From positions 81,668,301 through 81,732,300 of the forward strand of contig NC_057720.1 of the NCBI RefSeq assembly GCF_004010195.1: a DNA stretch of 64,000 nucleotides. The letters are read 5' to 3'. Shown one piece after another: positions 61,768 to 64,000 of this stretch. The translations under genes were made by a program, and so were the position numbers. This stretch comes from Chiloscyllium plagiosum (taxonomy: Eukaryota). The notes under the pieces are model-generated. The model did no database searches. It worked only from the letters and a program-made list of their open reading frames with translations, and had not been told where the DNA came from. Position 1 is the first letter of the stretch. Each line of letters opens with the position of its first letter.

Positions 61768-62935
61768 GTCATAGAGTCATAGAGATGTATAGCACGGAAA
61801 AAGACCCTTCGGTCCAATTCATCCATGCTGACCAGATATCCCAACCTAACTTAGTTCCGTTTGCCAGCACTTGACCAATATCCCTCTAAACCCTTCCTAT
61901 TCATATATCCGTCCAGATGCTTTTTAAATGTTGCAATTGTACCAGCCTCCACCATTTCATCTGGCAGCTCATTCCATAAACGTACCACCCTCTGTGTGAA
62001 AAAGATGCCTCTTCAGTCCCTTTTATATCTTTCCCCTCTCACCCTAAACCTATGCCCTCTAGTTCTGAACTCTCCCAGCCCAGGGAAAAGACTTTTTCTA
62101 TTTACCCTATCCATGCCCCTCATGATTTTATAAACCTCTATAAGGTCACCCCTCAGACTCCGATGATACAGGGAAAACAGCCCCAGCCTATTCATCCTCT
62201 CCCTTTGGCTGAAATCCTCCAATCCTGGCAACATCTCTGTAAATCTTATCTGAAACCTTTCACTTTTCACAACATCCTTCCGATAGGTCCTGTACAGCTG
62301 CAACATGACTTCCCAACTCCTGCACTCAATACTCTGACCAATAAAAGAAAGCATACCAAACGCCTTCTCCATTATCCTATCTACTTGCGACTCCACTTTC
62401 AAGGAGCTATGAACCTGCACTCCAAGGTCTCTTTGTTCAGCAACACTCCCTAGGACCTTACCATTAAGTATATAAGTCCTGCTAAGATTTGCTTTTCCAA
62501 AATGCACCACCTCACATTTATCTAAATTAAAAACTATCTGCCACTCCTCAGCCCATTGACTCATCTGACCAAGATCCCATTGTAATCTGAGGTAACCTTC
62601 TTCACTGTCCATTACACCTCCAATTTTGGTGTCATCTGCAAATTTACTAACTATACCTTCTATGTTCACATCCAAATCATTTATATCAATGATGAAAAGT
62701 AGTGGACCCTGCACCAATCCTTGTGGCACTCCACTGGTCACAGGCCTCTAGTCTGAAAAGCAACCCTTCACCACAACCCTCTGTCTTCTAACTTCAAGCC
62801 AGTTCAATATCCAAATATCTAGTTCTCCCCATATTCCATGAGATCCAAACTTGCTCCCATGAGAAACCTTGTCTAACACCTTACTGAAGTCCATATAGAT
62901 CACATCCACCACTCTGCCCTCATCAATCCTCTTTA
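61768..62935 (-). mobile_element. CR1 LINE RT 3' fragment
   Basis: ORF 62013-62741 (SGVPQG.V.GPLLF, FADDTK). Another CR1 tail lies at 53490-54005(-). Confidence 0.93.
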
Positions 62936-63665
62936 ATACTTTTTCCTCCAGTGATTGTAATTTTCTTGAGTTCCTTTCTCCCTACCTTTCCTGACTTATA
63001 TCTTACTTGTAGAAGCTATAATAGGCTTCAGTAACATACGGGCCATCAGGCCATTGTTCAAGATACATGTGACTGCAACGTTTAACTTTTATACGATTTT
63101 CCAATCCACAATTTCTCTCCCGTGATTGCTTCTGATAGATTCCTCTCTGGTTTATTGCCCCTTCACCTAAGCTAGCTCAACTCTCACATCCTCGTAACTG
63201 TCTTAACTAAGTTTCAGGTACTGTTCACTTTTCTCTCCTCAAACTGAAAGTAGAATTTAATCATATTATGGTCACTACTTATTAGGAATGTCTTCACTGT
63301 GAGATCATTAATTAATTTAATCTCATTGCTCAATATCAGGTTTTGTATACCCTGATCTTTGATTAACCCCAGAGCTTGATTTTTCCATTCCATATGAGGT
63401 TTAACACCTCCATGTTTATCACTATTTATTTCTTCCTTTATATCCCATTCTATTGTGTAATATCAGTTAGGGAGTCTGTACACAACTCTCACAACTGATT
63501 TTGTATCTTTATTGATTCTCATCTCAACCCAAGGCTGCTTTCCTGAAGTTAGGTCATTGTTGTCATGTGCTAATGTAATCATTAATTGCTGAACAGCACT
63601 GTTCTGTCCATAAGCATGAGGCCAGTCGCTTGCAATTTTATTCACCGTCTTGCTCTCATGCTCAC

Positions 63666-64000
63666 ATTTTTTTTAATTTCAAAAATATACTTTATTCATA
63701 AAATAATTTGATGGTCTGGACGTTGGTCATGCCATAGATACGTAAACATTTGCATACAGAGATCAAAATTTATCATTTGTATATACAGGTCTGTACATTT
63801 ATCAATCATATGTCCATATATGTAGCTGAGGCGCCAGCGGAGCCCAAATGACTGCGTGGGCCTCCTGTTCTTCTTAGGCAGGCAGATGTTACATAGTGGT
63901 CTTTGCCCACTGCGCCTTGGCGGCAGCTGCCCCAAGCTTCAGCGCGCCCCTCAACACGTAGTCCTGGACCTTGGAATGTGCCAGTCTGCAACATTCAGTC
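63666..64000 (-). mobile_element. Tx1/L1-like LINE 3' end
   Basis: Reverse-strand homologue of 42830-43175 (CRLAHSKVQDYVLR.ALKLGAAAAKAQW.KT) with a T-run at 63667. Confidence 0.8.

Overview
Repeat-rich genomic DNA from a cartilaginous fish, most likely a shark, inferred from HE1-type V-SINEs, CR1/HER1-like LINEs and a shark-type Ig kappa C exon. There are three N-gaps: 1374-2148, 9398-9897 (exactly 500 N) and 25546-25808. Three host coding elements can be supported. (1) A complete six-coding-exon RNASEL (2-5A-dependent RNase L) gene on the - strand, 45112->24009, which I assembled by hand into an open 812-aa frame with compatible intron phases. (2) An intact immunoglobulin light-chain kappa-type constant exon on the + strand (16583-16911). 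It has no visible V or J and converges on RNASEL only ~7 kb away with no gap between them. (3) The terminal PDZ exon of a KIAA1614-like gene on the - strand (5380-5585). The rest is CR1, L1/Tx1 and RTE LINE fragments, HE1-like SINEs, DeuSINEs, a second tRNA-SINE family, minisatellites and many Penelope-derived short elements carrying minimal hammerhead-ribozyme cores. The most notable points are: an RNase L whose pseudokinase looks more kinase-like than the mammalian one (HRD, long activation segment) and has an extra ankyrin repeat; an apparently orphan C-kappa linked to RNASEL in a region matching human 1q25; several hammerhead-bearing element families; and an octamer/IRF/AP-1/NF-kB motif cluster upstream of RNASEL.
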